DNA of 62,959 bases, the filler included, from Octopus bimaculoides (taxonomy: Eukaryota): NCBI RefSeq assembly GCF_001194135.2. It is 6 parts of 5 records of this genome, joined end to end, with 100 filler letters (N's around TTAATTAATTAA, not from the genome) between each part and the next. Parts side by side here need not be neighbours in the genome. Positions count along the whole stretch, not along the records: positions 1 to 23,924 come from NC_068984.1; positions 24,025 to 46,728 come from NC_068982.1; 4 more parts are not named here. One strand, 5' to 3'. Shown piece by piece: positions 12,861 through 27,350 of the stretch. Below the pieces are notes generated by a model. It saw only the letters and a program-made list of their open reading frames with translations, was not told where the DNA came from and did no database searches. Numbering within the stretch: position 1 is the stretch's first letter; the number at the start of each line of letters is the position of its first letter. Both the position numbers and the translations under genes were made by a program.

Positions 12861-15800
12861 CATTCATTTGATATACGATTTCATATTTAGTTGATACGAG
12901 AAACTTTGTCGAACATAGTCAATGATTATATAAGAGCCTGCATTTCATTCTGCTTTGTAGCAGATTGAGATATGGATGCAAGATATTTTTTGTATAATCC
13001 ATAGATCCTTGACCAGAATTTGTGCAATACCTCCAATAATGGCATTACACATGAATACACTCATAAAGTGAGACAGATATACACAAATACATGCCAATAT
13101 AAGTGGTTTAATACAATGCAAATCTTTCTTACATGTAACGTGGGATATAACTTGATACACTTTAAGAATGAATATACAAGCACTTACACACACACACGCG
13201 CACACACACAGATACACATGCATATAAACATACAAGCATGTGCGTGTGTGTTTGCGTGTGTGTGTGTGCGTGCGGTGCGTGTGTGGAGTCGCGTGGTTTC
13301 ATTTTTAGGGTTTTGCACTCATGATCGTAATATTATGATTGGGACTCCTGGACCCAGATGATGCGTATAGTTTCTAAACAAAACTTTCAATAATTCTTCG
13401 ACGAACTGGTGTCCCATCCAGTGGGAGAATATATAACCTACAGGATCCAGGAAGCCGATTTTCTGAGCCTATGGCTCGGGAAGAGCTTTCGATCATTTTT
13501 GGATACTTTATTTCACGTGCGCGTGCAGACACAGACACACACACTCACTTACACACACATCTATATAGACATATATATATATATATATAAAGAAAGAGAG
13601 AGAGAGACGGGGTGAAAGAGACATATAGACATATAGACAAGGTTTTTATAACAATTGTTAAATACAGATATTCTCTTATTAGTTCCTGATTATAAGGATA
13701 TTTTAGTATTATCTATTGAATTACTAGTATAAGTTAAACATTAAAGCATGTAAGGATGACAAATAATTAATACAAATGTAGTGTGTTAATTATTAACTTT
13801 CGGGTTATAAAATAGTGTAAATCACTCAGAATTAGTTATATTATTAGTTAAGTTCAGTTCCATAGAGTTTGTTTTTGTTATGGAAAAACTAGAATATAAA
13901 AGCTTTCACTTTTACATTAGTAACTAAGGTTGATTAGAATGAATAATATGTGTAAGGATTTCAAGAGCTAGGTTGCTTCATAATTAGATAATTTAGGAGT
14001 TAGTTATAGGTTTACTTATTGAATTTATTTACTGATAGTGTGTTTGTACATAAGGTAATTGTGTTTCTTTGTTGTAATTGAATAAATAATAATGTTAGTG
14101 TTTAATCCTTCCTAGAATTAAGATTGAATGAAAGTGGTGATATATATATATATATANNNNNNNNNNNNNNNNNNNNNNNNNNNNNNNNNNNNNNNNNNNN
14201 NNNNNNNNNNNNNNNNNNNNNNNNNNNNNNNNNNNNNNNNNNNNNNNNNNNNNNNNNNNNNNNNNNNNNNNNNNNNNNNNNNNNNNNNNNNNNNNNNNNN
14301 NNNNNNNNNNNNNNNNNNNNNNNNNNNNNNNNNNNNNNNNNNNNNNNNNNNNNNNNNNNNNNNNNNNNNNNNNNNNNNNNNNNNNNNNNNNNNNNNNNNN
14401 NNNNNNNNNNNNNNNNNNNNNNNNNNNNNNNNNNNNNNNNNNNNNNNNNNNNNNNNNNNNNNNNNNNNNNNNNNNNNNNNNNNNNNNNNNNNNNNNNNNN
14501 NNNNNNNNNNNNNNNNNNNNNNNNNNNNNNNNNNNNNNNNNNNNNNNNNNNNNNNNNNNNNNNNNNNNNNNNNNNNNNNNNNNNNNNNNNNNNNNNNNNN
14601 NNNNNNNNNNNNNNNNNNNNNNNNNNNNNNNNNNNNNNNNNNNNNNNNNNNNNNNNNNNNNNNNNNNNNNNNNNNNNNNNNNNNNNNNNNNNNNNNNNNN
14701 NNNNNNNNNNNNNNNNNNNNNNNNNNNNAAGAGAGCCAGAGAGAGGGAGAGAGAGAGAGTAATCTAGACCTTAAATAATAACAGGTCGTTAAACTACGTC
14801 AGATTATTATAATACAGAAAGCCCAAGTGCGAACGAGTTACATGTAGATACATAAAGGTTTAAAAGAGATTTTTAAATGGAATATTTCAGCATTAAAACA
14901 GATCATAAATTTCACTTACAGTTCGTATTTTCATTATGCTCAACAGATATTTCATTAAGATAAGAACCATAAAATGTATAATCATAGAATTGCGATAGAT
15001 ATTTAATTTAAATTATCATTAAATTTAAGTCGAATCAGTTCACTTTAATTTTAATCATGTATCACAATTATGTCACATTTATGTTATATACATGGTGTGT
15101 TGTTAATCTTCATAAAACAGATGTTTGGCATAACAATTACATATATGAAATGTATATTATCCTACCTTGCGGTAGGAAAGGCAATTGAGGACAGAAATTT
15201 TAATCTCCCTTATTCACCAAATGCTACATATCAGAGGAGGTCTTCAAGTAATATCCCAAAATGGCCGAAGCTCACGATTTGAAGCTAGTAAAATAGTAAA
15301 AGTATAATAATCATTTTTAAGACTCTCTTTCTAAAGGATAACTACCACGTTGGCTTTCGGCTACCCAATCGTTTCGCCTGCATGTTTGTATGTATTCATG
15401 TATGTATGCATGTATGTATGTATGTCTGTATGTATGTATGCATGCATGTATATATGTATGTATGCATGTATGTATGCATGCATGCATGTATATATGTAAG
15501 TATGCATGTAAGTATGTACGTGCACAGACATCTACGTATGTATTTCAAGACATTTGTTAAAGACATTAATATATTCCTTTTGAAAGTAAGAAATCTATTC
15601 TTCTAAATGAAATATCTTATTTCCAGATTTGAACATAAAGAAAAATCTCCCATCTGCGTTTCTCAGCCTCTCATTTTCTTTATTTGTCACTCCCTCTAAG
15701 TATAATGGCACATGCATGCGTACAAACAGACACACACGCACACACGCACACGCACACGACATGCACGCACGAAAACGTTTCACATTTAAATCAATCGAAA

Positions 15801-18800
15801 AAAAAAAGGATTGTGTAAAAGCCAGTAAAAATGAACAGAATATATCCAGGAAATACCCCCAATTCATCCTGTGTTAGAAGTATTGGAAAATAAACATCTA
15901 CAATACCATCTGTCAACTGAGTTGAATTAATAGAAGTGCTCTTTTCTCTTATATGCGTTAAAATGACTTGCGCGTTTGACAGTAGGAGCGAGAAACAAGT
16001 TGTCTCAACATCTACCTTTCAAATGGGTAATACTCTACTAATTCTTTCATTCTTCTGAACTTTTGGGAATGAGTTGGTGAAAACCTTTTCGTTTGGATGT
16101 AGAAGTCTATTGTAAAATCTCCTTTTTCAGTCCGTGATGAAACGTAGAGTCGAAAATGTTAATAATTCATTGCTTAAGGTAGGAGCATAAAATTGACTAA
16201 CAGTGTGAAATCTGAAGAAATTTTACTCCTGCATATTTAGATTCGAGCTGAGAAAACTAAATTAAAAGATCCCCAGTGAATAGAAGTGTAGTAAAGGATA
16301 AACTGGCCTGAATATCGGGGCCACCACTATTTTCAGGAGAATGCGAAGAGACAGGTGAAGTTGCACTATTTAAGTGTAAGATATTTAGAATCACTTAAAG
16401 AAATTATATGAAAAGATTAAATACTGGATTTTACTGTAAATTCGGATGAGTTCTAGATGCATTTCGCTCTGAAATCATGCATTTGAAGTCATGAAAACTG
16501 GTTTTAACTATCTCGCAGACAGAAAATTTGTGCGTGAAAATACGTGTATGACCTGTTAATGTTCATGCCTTCAGCACATAAACGTAGAAGGTCAGAAGTT
16601 GGGGGTTGTGGTTTTAAAAGTTATGAGATTTCGTCATTTGTCCCTTTAATCATGCTGTTGTTGCTTGCCTTTTCTCGTGTCCATTATAACGCTGGAGAAT
16701 TGGTTTCCATGGGATTGATGAGTTGGGTAGTTATTGTTGAAGTTTATCCTGGCCTTTTCTTCTCGGTGACCTTTCCTTGTCAGCTAGTCAATGATGATAT
16801 ACTGACCGTCAGGCATCACGAAACGTCGCATTGTTGCTTGACCATCAATATCATGGTGTTTGCTAGCTGAGGTGTGTTGTATTGCTGATGACTACCGTTG
16901 TGTGGACTAGCTGGCTGCGTGTATAAGAAATGAAGCAACTTACGAACGTTTAAGTGTTGACATATTTTTTTATGGTATTGGCTGCCTACATAAAAACCAC
17001 GCAAATAGTATAAACGTGACCGGGATGAGAGAAGCGCACTGTGTCTCTTCAAGGCTAGCAGTAATACATCAAGTGTAAGTGCGTGGAACCGTCTGTTTTC
17101 CTTGAGTGCCCAAGGTGATCTGTCCTTAGTAGTCTGCGTTTTGTGAGTACCCAAGGTGGTTTGTCTGAGTTAGCCGCCAAGTGGTTTTACAGAGTGAAAA
17201 GGAGGAAAATTTCGATCATCCGACAAACCACAGAACGCTACAGCTACACGTTGATTGCTCGATTTATTGGCTTACTTGTGATCCTCAACTGAATATTTCT
17301 CAGTTGTGGATCGAATCCCTCCGTACTCATACTAGCTATACTACTGCTACGGGAGGTTAGCAGTGCTTACTCGTAACAATAAGATAGTTTGTAACGAGCC
17401 TTCTAGTTCACCTATTTAAGAAGAAATTCAAGATCACTAAGCAATATCATTCAGAAAAATCGAACCAACATATCTCTTGACAATTTGGCTTCTTCTAAAT
17501 CATCAACACAAACAAGAAGTATTCAGATATAATTTGTCTCTATTTTTGATCTACTTACTGGAAAGCAACAGAATATGTTAATGTTAGAGTTGTTCCCTGT
17601 ATATATTCTGTTCATCTATGGGATGCGGAAAAATGTATTTCAATTTTGTCGGGATTCATGCAAAACGTGTAGCCAAATTCAATATAATGAAACCTGTCAA
17701 TAGTATTAAATAATTTATTTTCTCTCATACTGAGTGGAGAAATACATCCCTCGAATGTTAAAGCGTGACGGAATTTCGTCAAGGGGCAATGTTAGGAGAG
17801 ATATCATCAAATATATGACATGCATTTGCGTTAAAACGTGCGTTTAGCCACGCATCACATCGACACTCATTATATACTCAACTTGGTACCATCATTTAAT
17901 CATTTATTTTGCAGCATACTTTTCGCACGAAACATCAATCAGCGTAATACTGTAAGAAACTTAGACAACACTGCAAAAACATGATATTACAGCAGTTGAG
18001 AGATTCTTTGTAAATACAAATTCCCAGAAAAAAAGGTGAATACTTGAATAATAGTATTAAATGAATTTGAATAGGAAATAACATGATGATGTCAGTAGAA
18101 TACGGAAACATTTAATTATGTTCTATGTATTTGAGTATTCTATGAATATCACCACCACTCCAATTTTCGAGCTGAAAGTAAACTAGACTTTCTCGGCTCT
18201 CACTGCAGGATTTTAGGGCGTACAAATAAACAATAAGTCATGACAAAAACTCTATCCGAAATGTATCTCTGTACTTCAGATAATGAAAGTGAACGCAATA
18301 TATTGTTACAAAATACATAGAGAAACCAGCGCTCATCATCATCATCATTTTCTATGCTATATTTATGATACAAATTTAGCTTTAGTTAGAAAGGAATAAT
18401 TTGTATAGTATTAATAACATACTACTAAATGATACAATCTTCGTTTTTGCATTCGAGGGACGAAATCAATCTCCTGCTTTTTTTTTTGTGGCTGCCAATA
18501 ACTCAAAGTACTATAACTGTAGGAAATATGTGTATACTTCATTGCACCCACATTTATGCAACACTTACAAGAATACGTAACGCAAATTATCTCAGGTTGT
18601 GAATATTCTTCACAAGAAAGAATAAAGCTATTAAGTAAGACTAAAATACTTAGGAACCAGTTAATCAAATACAAGCTTATTAGTTTTATGCCTAGTTCAT
18701 GCATTTTGTACTACGGAGTACAAATGTACATAAGTTAAAATACCACTGTTGAAACTGTGTTTGTGTGAATTTGTGTGTATACCTGTATGTATAAATAAAT

Positions 18801-18928
18801 ATATATGCGTTTATATATGTATACATACACACACACATATATATGTATGCATATATATATATATGCATAAATATATGTGTCTGTGTGTATGTATATATAT
18901 ACATATGTTTTCACATATATATACATAC

Positions 18929-18962
<34 letters not shown>

Positions 18963-20065
18963 ATAAGCATACGTACATAGATATTTAATTACATAGATAC
19001 ATACATACAGGCAGACAGACACATACGTACGTATATAGATAATTCAATAAGTGTATGTATATTTTTTTTTATTAAAGGTTAAAGTGGAACACGTTGATAC
19101 AATTAATCTCCTTAAATGTAATATATAGCAAGTATTTTACTATAATACTGTTTATCCCCCGAGGATTTTCCCAATGGAACCACAAGTACAAATATAGAGA
19201 ATTGTTAGAGAAAGCCAAGAGATTTTAACAAGAAAACACTATCGACAAAAATTATAACAACAACACCAAAATCAGTAACATTAAGTATAATAACTACTAC
19301 ATTCTACAACACGTAATTGTAAAAATGTTTGTAACGTCTGCCACTAGGATACATTGCATAAGAAAGCATTGCATAAAGACTAAACGGAAAACATATAAAT
19401 ATCAAAATTATGCTAATGAAAATTTTATGAAATACAAAGAGGAGATTCAAAGAGAAACTGTGAGAAATAGAAGTATTTAACGAAACCATATTAAAATGAA
19501 TAACATTTTTGTTGTATGATCAGACACTCATTTTGTAAATAATCAGATGATACAAAAATGTGAGCTACCAAATCATAGTTGCGTTATGTCTTATTTCAAA
19601 ACTAAACGAGTCAAGAAAAGTGTTTCTATGCTCTCTTAATGCGGGTAGATGCCATAGCCAAAATTCACTTAATAATATGCAGTATTTATTATAGAAAGCA
19701 ATATTGCACATTGTCTCTGGTATTGTCATAAGTAACCCCCNNNNNNNNNNCCCCCCCTTGATTATAGATTATTCTATATAACAGCAGCAACATTATCTCA
19801 ATCGAAAATGTTTGTTCGAAAATTTACAGATATTGGTTGAAAAACAGGAAAACGATTTATACAGCAAAACTTCATTATGGGTATGAAGCATAACCACTAG
19901 CAGCGAAAACAAATCAGAGAATTAGGGAATAGTAAGAGCATAGCATGTCAAGTGCATCAAACTATATAAAAAATCAAGGGACATATTGTACCAGGAGGAA
20001 TGCATGTCTATAGGTAAACGTAAGAAGAAATACCGTAGGATAGAGGCAGCAACAGAATTAAACAC

Positions 20066-20096
<31 letters not shown>

Positions 20097-22079
20097 GTAT
20101 ATGTATGTATATACATATATATGCATGTATGTATATATATATGTATGTATGTATATATGTATAGAAATATAATCTGCAAATATAGATTTACTAAAATGTG
20201 TAGATAGAATTAAAAGAAAAAACAAGAAAATGGAAACGTCACCATCAATCTTAAAGGTTATAAAGTTTAAACTATTTGGCTAAAATTAATTAATCATATG
20301 CTCTGTTTAGCGTCTGCCATGAGAGAATTCAGCAACGCAGAGCAAACAGAGAGATGAAATACAGCTTAATCTAAAGTGAATCAACTTTCAAACGCAACGT
20401 TAAACAAGATTGAAAAATTGATGACTTTCATGTAAATCGCAGGCTTCAACCACATTCAAATTTACGTTATTTTACTTGTTTCACTTATGTCTGTACAGTT
20501 GTTATAGCATCTATAGTATTATCTAAGTGTCATACTACAAGTGTTGCATTCACCTTATCTGCTAATTTGTCTGTGCATTCTTTGTTTTGCGTCTTGAAAA
20601 ATATCTTTTCAGCCCATATTACTTCATGTATATTGCAAGTACATGCGTTAGAATTGTTGTTGCACCTGTTCATAGCGAGTTTCTCTAAACTTTCTTTTCC
20701 TATTCCAAGTGACATCAAATAATATGAAAATATGAAATACTACCGTTTCTTTTCCTGGAGAACAGACGCATTCCAAGTTTGTATATTTGATAACTGTATT
20801 GTTATTGTGTAGGCCTCGTTAGGCTTGACGAAACCCTGCGAAAGGAGATGCTACAGCTATCAACAAAATGTTTTGCTATCTTGGCTGGCATCAACCGTAA
20901 TGTCATTCCTTTTAAGGCAATTTGATATTCGACTCCTATAACAAACACTTGCGTGGGTCTTTCTGCAATCATTGTTCTGAGAATAGTAATAAATTCACCG
21001 TGATATATCAAGTTATGTGTCATTATCACTTTGCAATACAATACATACAATTTCGTCGTGTAGTACTGGACTGAAATAAACTAAGACTATGATACTAGTA
21101 ATATGCTCAAAGATTGCCACGCACTTTGTAAAGAACCTAAATTAATATGATATATATTTTGCAAAGGGGGCAGTTTAAATTCAGAGTTCTTTTAGTCGCC
21201 ATAAATTCGACTATCAAAACAAAAAATATGTTTTTTCATTGACGCTGAATTTTAAATAAAATAGCTAATTGATCTTTACTGTTGTATACCATAAAGTATG
21301 AAACTGTTAAATATTAGCAGTGACAAGATATACACGCCGAGTTAAAAGTATATACGAGGAAATACTGTGGATGCAAATTTAATTTTGCTAAATCAAGTTT
21401 TTTTCTTCTAATACTCGTTAATTACAATCAAAATTACGGCACAACGATGCTATGAAGCTACACACAATCTTATAACCAAGCATACCCTTAGTATTAGATA
21501 ATGCTATTAGGGTAAAATCATTATCACAAAATATAGCCATTCGCTGATTTGAATTGAGCCAACATATTGAATCAATGTCACTTTTTTTAATCGCATTTTT
21601 TTTTAACATTTGGATGCTGATATCAGTAATCATATGACATGCGCTGATATTGATAGGCTACCACTTGCGTGTCAAGCAACGTAACTGGGTGATCGTGCTT
21701 CATGTCAAGTATCCAATCACTCACATCATGACAGACAGAATATTGTTCAAATTCGGAAATAAATTAATCGGAATAAAATTCAAACGTTTTGCAAAAGTGA
21801 CAACCTCACTATCGCTCTCAAAGTCAGTTGGCAAACGAAGCACGTAAGAACAACAACATCGTAGAAATATATATATCAATGATATTTGTGTTTGTTTTAA
21901 AGTTTATGCGGCGCGAAATGAACAGGACTTCATTGTTGATATCTGTTTTTTATATACCATGGCCTATTCCCCATCTTTTTAGGGCACACAAGACACACCG
22001 GGCATTCCATTCATTTCTAAGCTCAAAGAGGTGCGATCCGTTCTATGCTCGCGTGAAAACATAGAATGCAACCCCCAAT

Positions 22080-22563
22080 AGCAGGAGCGGAGCCCGACAG
22101 CATATGCTGGTTTACTCCCGCCGCATCATGCTCGTTCCGTACTCCTTGAGCAACATCAAATTCACTCTTCCGTCCACAAACACTCTCCAAGCTTTCCTAT
22201 TTATAAACTTTCTTGCTTCTCTCACTCCAACACCTCTAACCACCAAAGCTTTCCTCATTCCATCCATCTATACAAACCGAAGTCTGCCTCTGGTTTTGCT
22301 GTCTACTACTTCACCCTCGTCACCCTCCTTACCGTTCGCTCCTCATCTATCCTCTCCATGTGGCCAAACCACTTCAACATTCGTCGATGCATTTTGGTTG
22401 TTAGTTTTTCAGTCATTCCTGCACGCTCTCGCACCTCTTCACTCCTCATCCTGTCCATCCGTGTCACACCAACCATAGCCCTAAGACATCTCCTCTCAAA
22501 CACATCTAGCCGTCTCCTTTCCGCCTCTTTCAGCCTCCACGTCTCTGCACCATATAACAGCAT
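22080..22563 (-). mobile_element. RTE-type LINE ORF2 C-terminal fragment
   Basis: MLLYGAETWRLKEAERRRLDVFERRCLRAMVGVTRMDRMRSEEVRERAG...RMLKWFGHMERIDEER...RPEGRLRFVWMD contains the RTE hallmarks LLYGxETW, WFGHxxR and GRPxxxW. Confidence 0.92.
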
Positions 22564-22870
22564 GGAAAATTATTCTTTTTCCATTTTAAAAAAAAAACAT
22601 TCCCTACCACCAACACCTGCTCCATGGGAACTTACTCATTTCATACTGTTTTTAGAAAAGCTATTCCCTACCACCAACACCTGCTCCATGGGAACTTATT
22701 CTTTTCACACTTTTTTTAGAAAAGCTATTCCTTACCACCAACACCTGCTCCATGGGAACTTATTCTTTTCACACTTTTTTTAGAAAAGCTATTCCCTACC
22801 ACCAACACCTGCTCCATGGGAACTTATTCTTTTCACACTTTTTTTAGAAAAGCTATTCCATACCACCAAC
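22561..22870. repeat. Tandem array of a 64-bp unit, ~4.8 copies
   Basis: Units start with CATGG at 22561, 22623, 22687, 22751 and 22815; consensus CATGGGAACTTATTCTTTTCACACTTTTTTTAGAAAAGCTATTCCCTACCACCAACACCTGCTC. Confidence 0.95.
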
Positions 22871-23030
22871 CTCCTGCCTCTCTCATTTCGACTAGGAATG
22901 CCACATTTTCCTAGCACATTTTATACTTCCTCATTTCCGACTCGCGCATTCAAATCACTCACCACCACCACATAACTACTTTTTCCCTCCAGAACTCCTC
23001 TACTTCTTCCTCACTCCATTCACTAAAAAC
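22850..23030 (-). mobile_element. RTE-type LINE apurinic endonuclease fragment
   Basis: The minus strand reads VVVSDLNARVGNEEV*NVLGKCGIPSRNERGRRL, matching the APE motif GDxNARVG...G..N..GxRL of RTE LINEs. Confidence 0.85.
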
Positions 23031-23924
23031 ACCCACATCTCTCCCTACTTCATCTTTTAAGTAAAAATACCTAATCCACTGCAGGAAAATGCAGAGAACA
23101 ATCTACTGCATATGCTCTAAAAGACTTTAAACCAGAGCAGAATCATGATACTAATCTACAATGTATCCCAATTAGAGTTTCTTACGATTCCATGAAAGTA
23201 GATGTCTATTTAATATCGATGTCTATATAATATTGGTGTCTTTAGTAATGTGTTTGATGGAATTTTCATTCAAAATTAGAAAGTGAGTTATATAGGGATA
23301 AGTGAAAATGGCTAATATGTATGTGTAGGCACAAACACACACATCCACACACACACTCACACACTCACTCACCCACTCACTCACTCACTCACACATATAC
23401 AAACATGCATGCATACATACTTACATACGTACATATATAGAGACATACATATGTATGTGTCTGTGATATCTTTGTGCGTGTCTTAGCATTGATAAACGTA
23501 AAGATCTGTACGTTTATAGATTCTCACATAAATTGTAATATAATTTCTATACATGATAAATAATTGTTAAGTTATTTAGATAAATGTAAAAAAAAAAATT
23601 GACATTTTAAAACAAGGACAACAAAACTTTAGATTAAAGCTGTTATTTGATAAAAATGTCTATTACATTATACATTTTATTATACTATTTACTCTATTAC
23701 ACTATAAAACTGACAGCTTATAACTTTGAGCAACTCCAACGTGTCAAAGATAATCTATCAACCACATCACATTGCCTATCCCTTTATTGTTCAGTGTAGC
23801 TTATCACCCAATATATTCCAATTCGACAAAGTAGAAAAACTTGAAATCACTGATACATACATACATACATACATACATGCATGCATACATACATACATAA
23901 ATACATACATGCATACATACATAC

Positions 23925-24024
23925 NNNNNNNNNNNNNNNNNNNNNNNNNNNNNNNNNNNNNNNNNNNNTTAATTAATTAANNNNNNNNNNNNNNNNNNNN
24001 NNNNNNNNNNNNNNNNNNNNNNNN
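23925..24024. other. Assembly gap placeholder: 44 N + TTAATTAATTAA + 44 N (same motif at 46773, 52981, 57172, 60634)
   Basis: The identical 12-mer sits inside N runs five times and the unit is 100 nt here, so it is a scaffolding artefact, not biology. Confidence 0.9.
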
Positions 24025-24062
<38 letters not shown>

Positions 24063-24832
24063 CGTGCGCGCGCGCGTACGTACTGTTATATATATATACT
24101 GTTCTATGATAGAAAATTCAACAAAAAATTCCTCCATCTGGTGAGTGATAAATATTTATTTTTTACCTTTTAGTTTTTGTGTTTTCGCTTTCCGTTTTCC
24201 GTGTTTTGTTTTCCGTTGTTTACGTTCTGCGTTTTCTATATGCCACCTTCTCAGTATTTTTCGCGTTTCTTCTGTTATAAAATTTATTTTTAGTTCGTGA
24301 TGATATGTGGTTTGTGCCTGGAGAATTTGTTTGACTTTTCTCAACATTTGTAACTATTTGTGGCGCTTTAATATATTTATTGTGTTTTTTAAATAATAAA
24401 TAATATAATATAATATAATGTAATATAATATAATATAATACTAACAACTATTATATAGACACATGTACGCAAACATATTGTCACTCGTACTGTTACATAT
24501 CAACCATTCACGAAACGGCACGCATTCTCTCCTGATGACCCCATACACTTGCTGGCTTCCGGTATGCGGAGTTCTCGACTGGTAGCACTTGCATGTGCGA
24601 GTTGTTTGCAAGACATCTAATATGATATAATATAATATAATATAATATAATATAATATAATATAATATAATATTATATANNNNNNNNNNNNNNNNNNNNN
24701 NNNNNNNNNNNNNNNNNNNNNNNNNNNNNNNNNNNNNNNNNNNNNNNNCGGCGTCTCGTCCAGTTCGGGAATATATACGTCACTGAAACTGGGAAACCGG
24801 CCCTTATAAGCCTGGCATGACTCAAGGAGACA

Positions 24833-24906
<74 letters not shown>

Positions 24907-25949
24907 ACACGCACATATATGTGTGTGTGTGTGTGTGTGTGTTTGTGTGTGTAAGAGATTGAGATTAACAATAACAGCGAAATGAATAACTAGACATCCC
25001 TCACAGGGATTTGTTTCTAGCGTTGAAATTAATTGTAGAGTTATTTTGTTGTTTTGGAGAAGCTAATATATCATCAAAGTGTTACTATGGCAGAATGGCA
25101 GAGTACAGGATAAAATTATGGGTGACATGTCTATTTTGTCCCTTACTATTCTGAATTGATATGCACCTGACGTCTAATTTGTCTTTTTTATCAGATCGTA
25201 AGAAAAAAAAATGCAGTATCGATTTAATCGATTAAGCATTCACCCAAAAATTAAAGCAAAAATGTGTGACCTTTTGTCATTGATACGAATTGAAATAACG
25301 ATCAAATTTCTTTAGTATTATGACACCTTTTCAATTCATGGTGACATATGTTCGTTTATTATTTTCACGTTACTATCAACCACCTCAACAAAGTCAAAAT
25401 GTTCACTGAATATCATTTTCCTTCATTTCACTATAATTATTGTCTGCTTGCTTTTTTCCGTATAAGGAACCAGTACTTCATAATTCAGTTATGTAACATA
25501 AATCATGTAGTTTAATTTACTTATAACATTGTCTTATAATTTACCATATCTTATGCTAGGACGAGATAAAATATTACATTTATTGGAAAATTTATCTCTT
25601 ACGCCGAGGAGATTATATTGGAATAGTTAATTCAGTTAATTTCTAAATATCAGCAATAATAAAATTAACCCAATTGATATAATATCTGCTAATTATCTAA
25701 TATTTTTAGAACAACAAAAATAATTTTTTTTATTTAGAGTCAGCAAATTGTATTTTTATAATTTTTATCACGAAAGTTATCAAATGAAAATAAACAACGC
25801 AAACAATAAAGCAAACAAACATCACCCTACAAAATCGAGAAATCGATATTCGAATTGGGGTTTAACGATTTAACACACACACATACCTATGTGTGCGTGT
25901 GTGCGTGTGTGTGTATGTGTCTATATATATTTGTATATATATATATATA

Positions 25950-26001
<52 letters not shown>

Positions 26002-26180
26002 TTGTTAGAATCTGTAGTTATGTGTAGGTATAAGTGCATACAAAGAAAATTGAACACAATTTTGTCTTTTAATAATGGGAATTTTACACTGATCGAACTA
26101 ATAAGTAAAAAGATCAATTTAAAGACGTAGTGCAAACGAAATTTTTTTTCATTTTTTCGTATTTTCCTTCACTTAAGAGA

Positions 26181-26337
26181 CGCAGAATGTACAGGTAACA
26201 ATAAATCAAGAAGCGTATATAAATCCATTTGGAAGAAAACCCTTCGTTCTATATAATACACCAATTAAACAATTTGAGTTACCCGAGGAAGGTGTTTGTT
26301 TTTTGACTTTTATAAAATCATTGATTTGGTATAGGAA
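26181..26337 (+). repeat. ~155-bp direct repeat, copy 1 (copy 2 at 27351-27503)
   Basis: Both copies start CGCAGAATGTACAGGTAA and share TCTATATAATACACCAATTAAACAATT and GGAAGGTGTTTGTTTT...GACTTTTATAAAATCATTGA. Confidence 0.9.
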
Positions 26338-27350
26338 CCTTTTAAAATAATTACAGCCTAATTATCTCGTATCGACTGTTAAACATTATACTTAATTACG
26401 TTGCCGACTTGTCGAATATATATATTTTTGAAAAATATTAATGAAATTTTATCAAATGTGGGTCAAAATGAAATTTATTTGTCGCAAAGTATATAAATGA
26501 AATATGAAAATTTCTTGTAAATGCAATCAAATATATGAAATAGAAAAGATAATTTAATTTTTAATAATTTCTCGCAAGTTTTCGAAAAGAGAAAAGAAAT
26601 ATTTGTGATTTTATTTAACTCAGAAATATTTAATGAAAGCTAGTGTAACTATCATTCGTTTTCTTTACAATTTTCTAAATGTTGTTTAAGCATGCGTATT
26701 TGTTTGTTTTTCTGTGTGTTTCTGATTTTATCTTTCCAGTGTATGATTTCTTGCAGTTTTGCTAATAATGAGAGATCATTGACATACGTTGATCAAGCTA
26801 CGATGTTTCTGCACGGAATTGCTACGAAATCTTCCTTAAAACTACACCATTATCTTCAAACTAGCTACAGTATTTGGGATAAAATAATACTCAATATAAT
26901 ATGCAGGGAAAAAAGACTACAATTCCAGTAAAAATGGGTAGTTCAACATTCAAGAAATTCTCTCCTAACATGTGATGGCGCGTAAGAATGAGAAAACCTA
27001 AATCTCAGTGTCTTACAGACCCTTATGCTTCTTCAAAGGTTAATTTCTCGCAAAACGTTAGACTAACAAACAAGGAAACAAAATTAATCAATAAACACGA
27101 AAAAAGAAACTGGAACATATTTGCAATGAAAATAAGAATAATATTAAGGTCGATGACATCGATGGGAAGTATTATTTTTGTCAATCCGAAAAGAAGTTCA
27201 TACAAAATTCATTTTAAAATACACGCATCTCACTTACATATATACACACATCGGCACAAATATAATTAGTAAGCAAAACACAAGAAATGCTAAAAATTAT
27301 ACAACACTAACGGCATTAAAGGACATTTTTGGAATTAAAGTATGTTTTCT

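Noticed and set aside
16540-16900. GC-balanced region that might be a decayed LINE C-terminus on the minus strand
   Set aside because: Stops occur in all frames and no motif was clear enough to assign.
22561-22870. Regularly spaced repeats resembling a CRISPR array
   Set aside because: The whole 64-bp unit repeats with no unique spacers, the context is eukaryotic, and the unit derives from a LINE.
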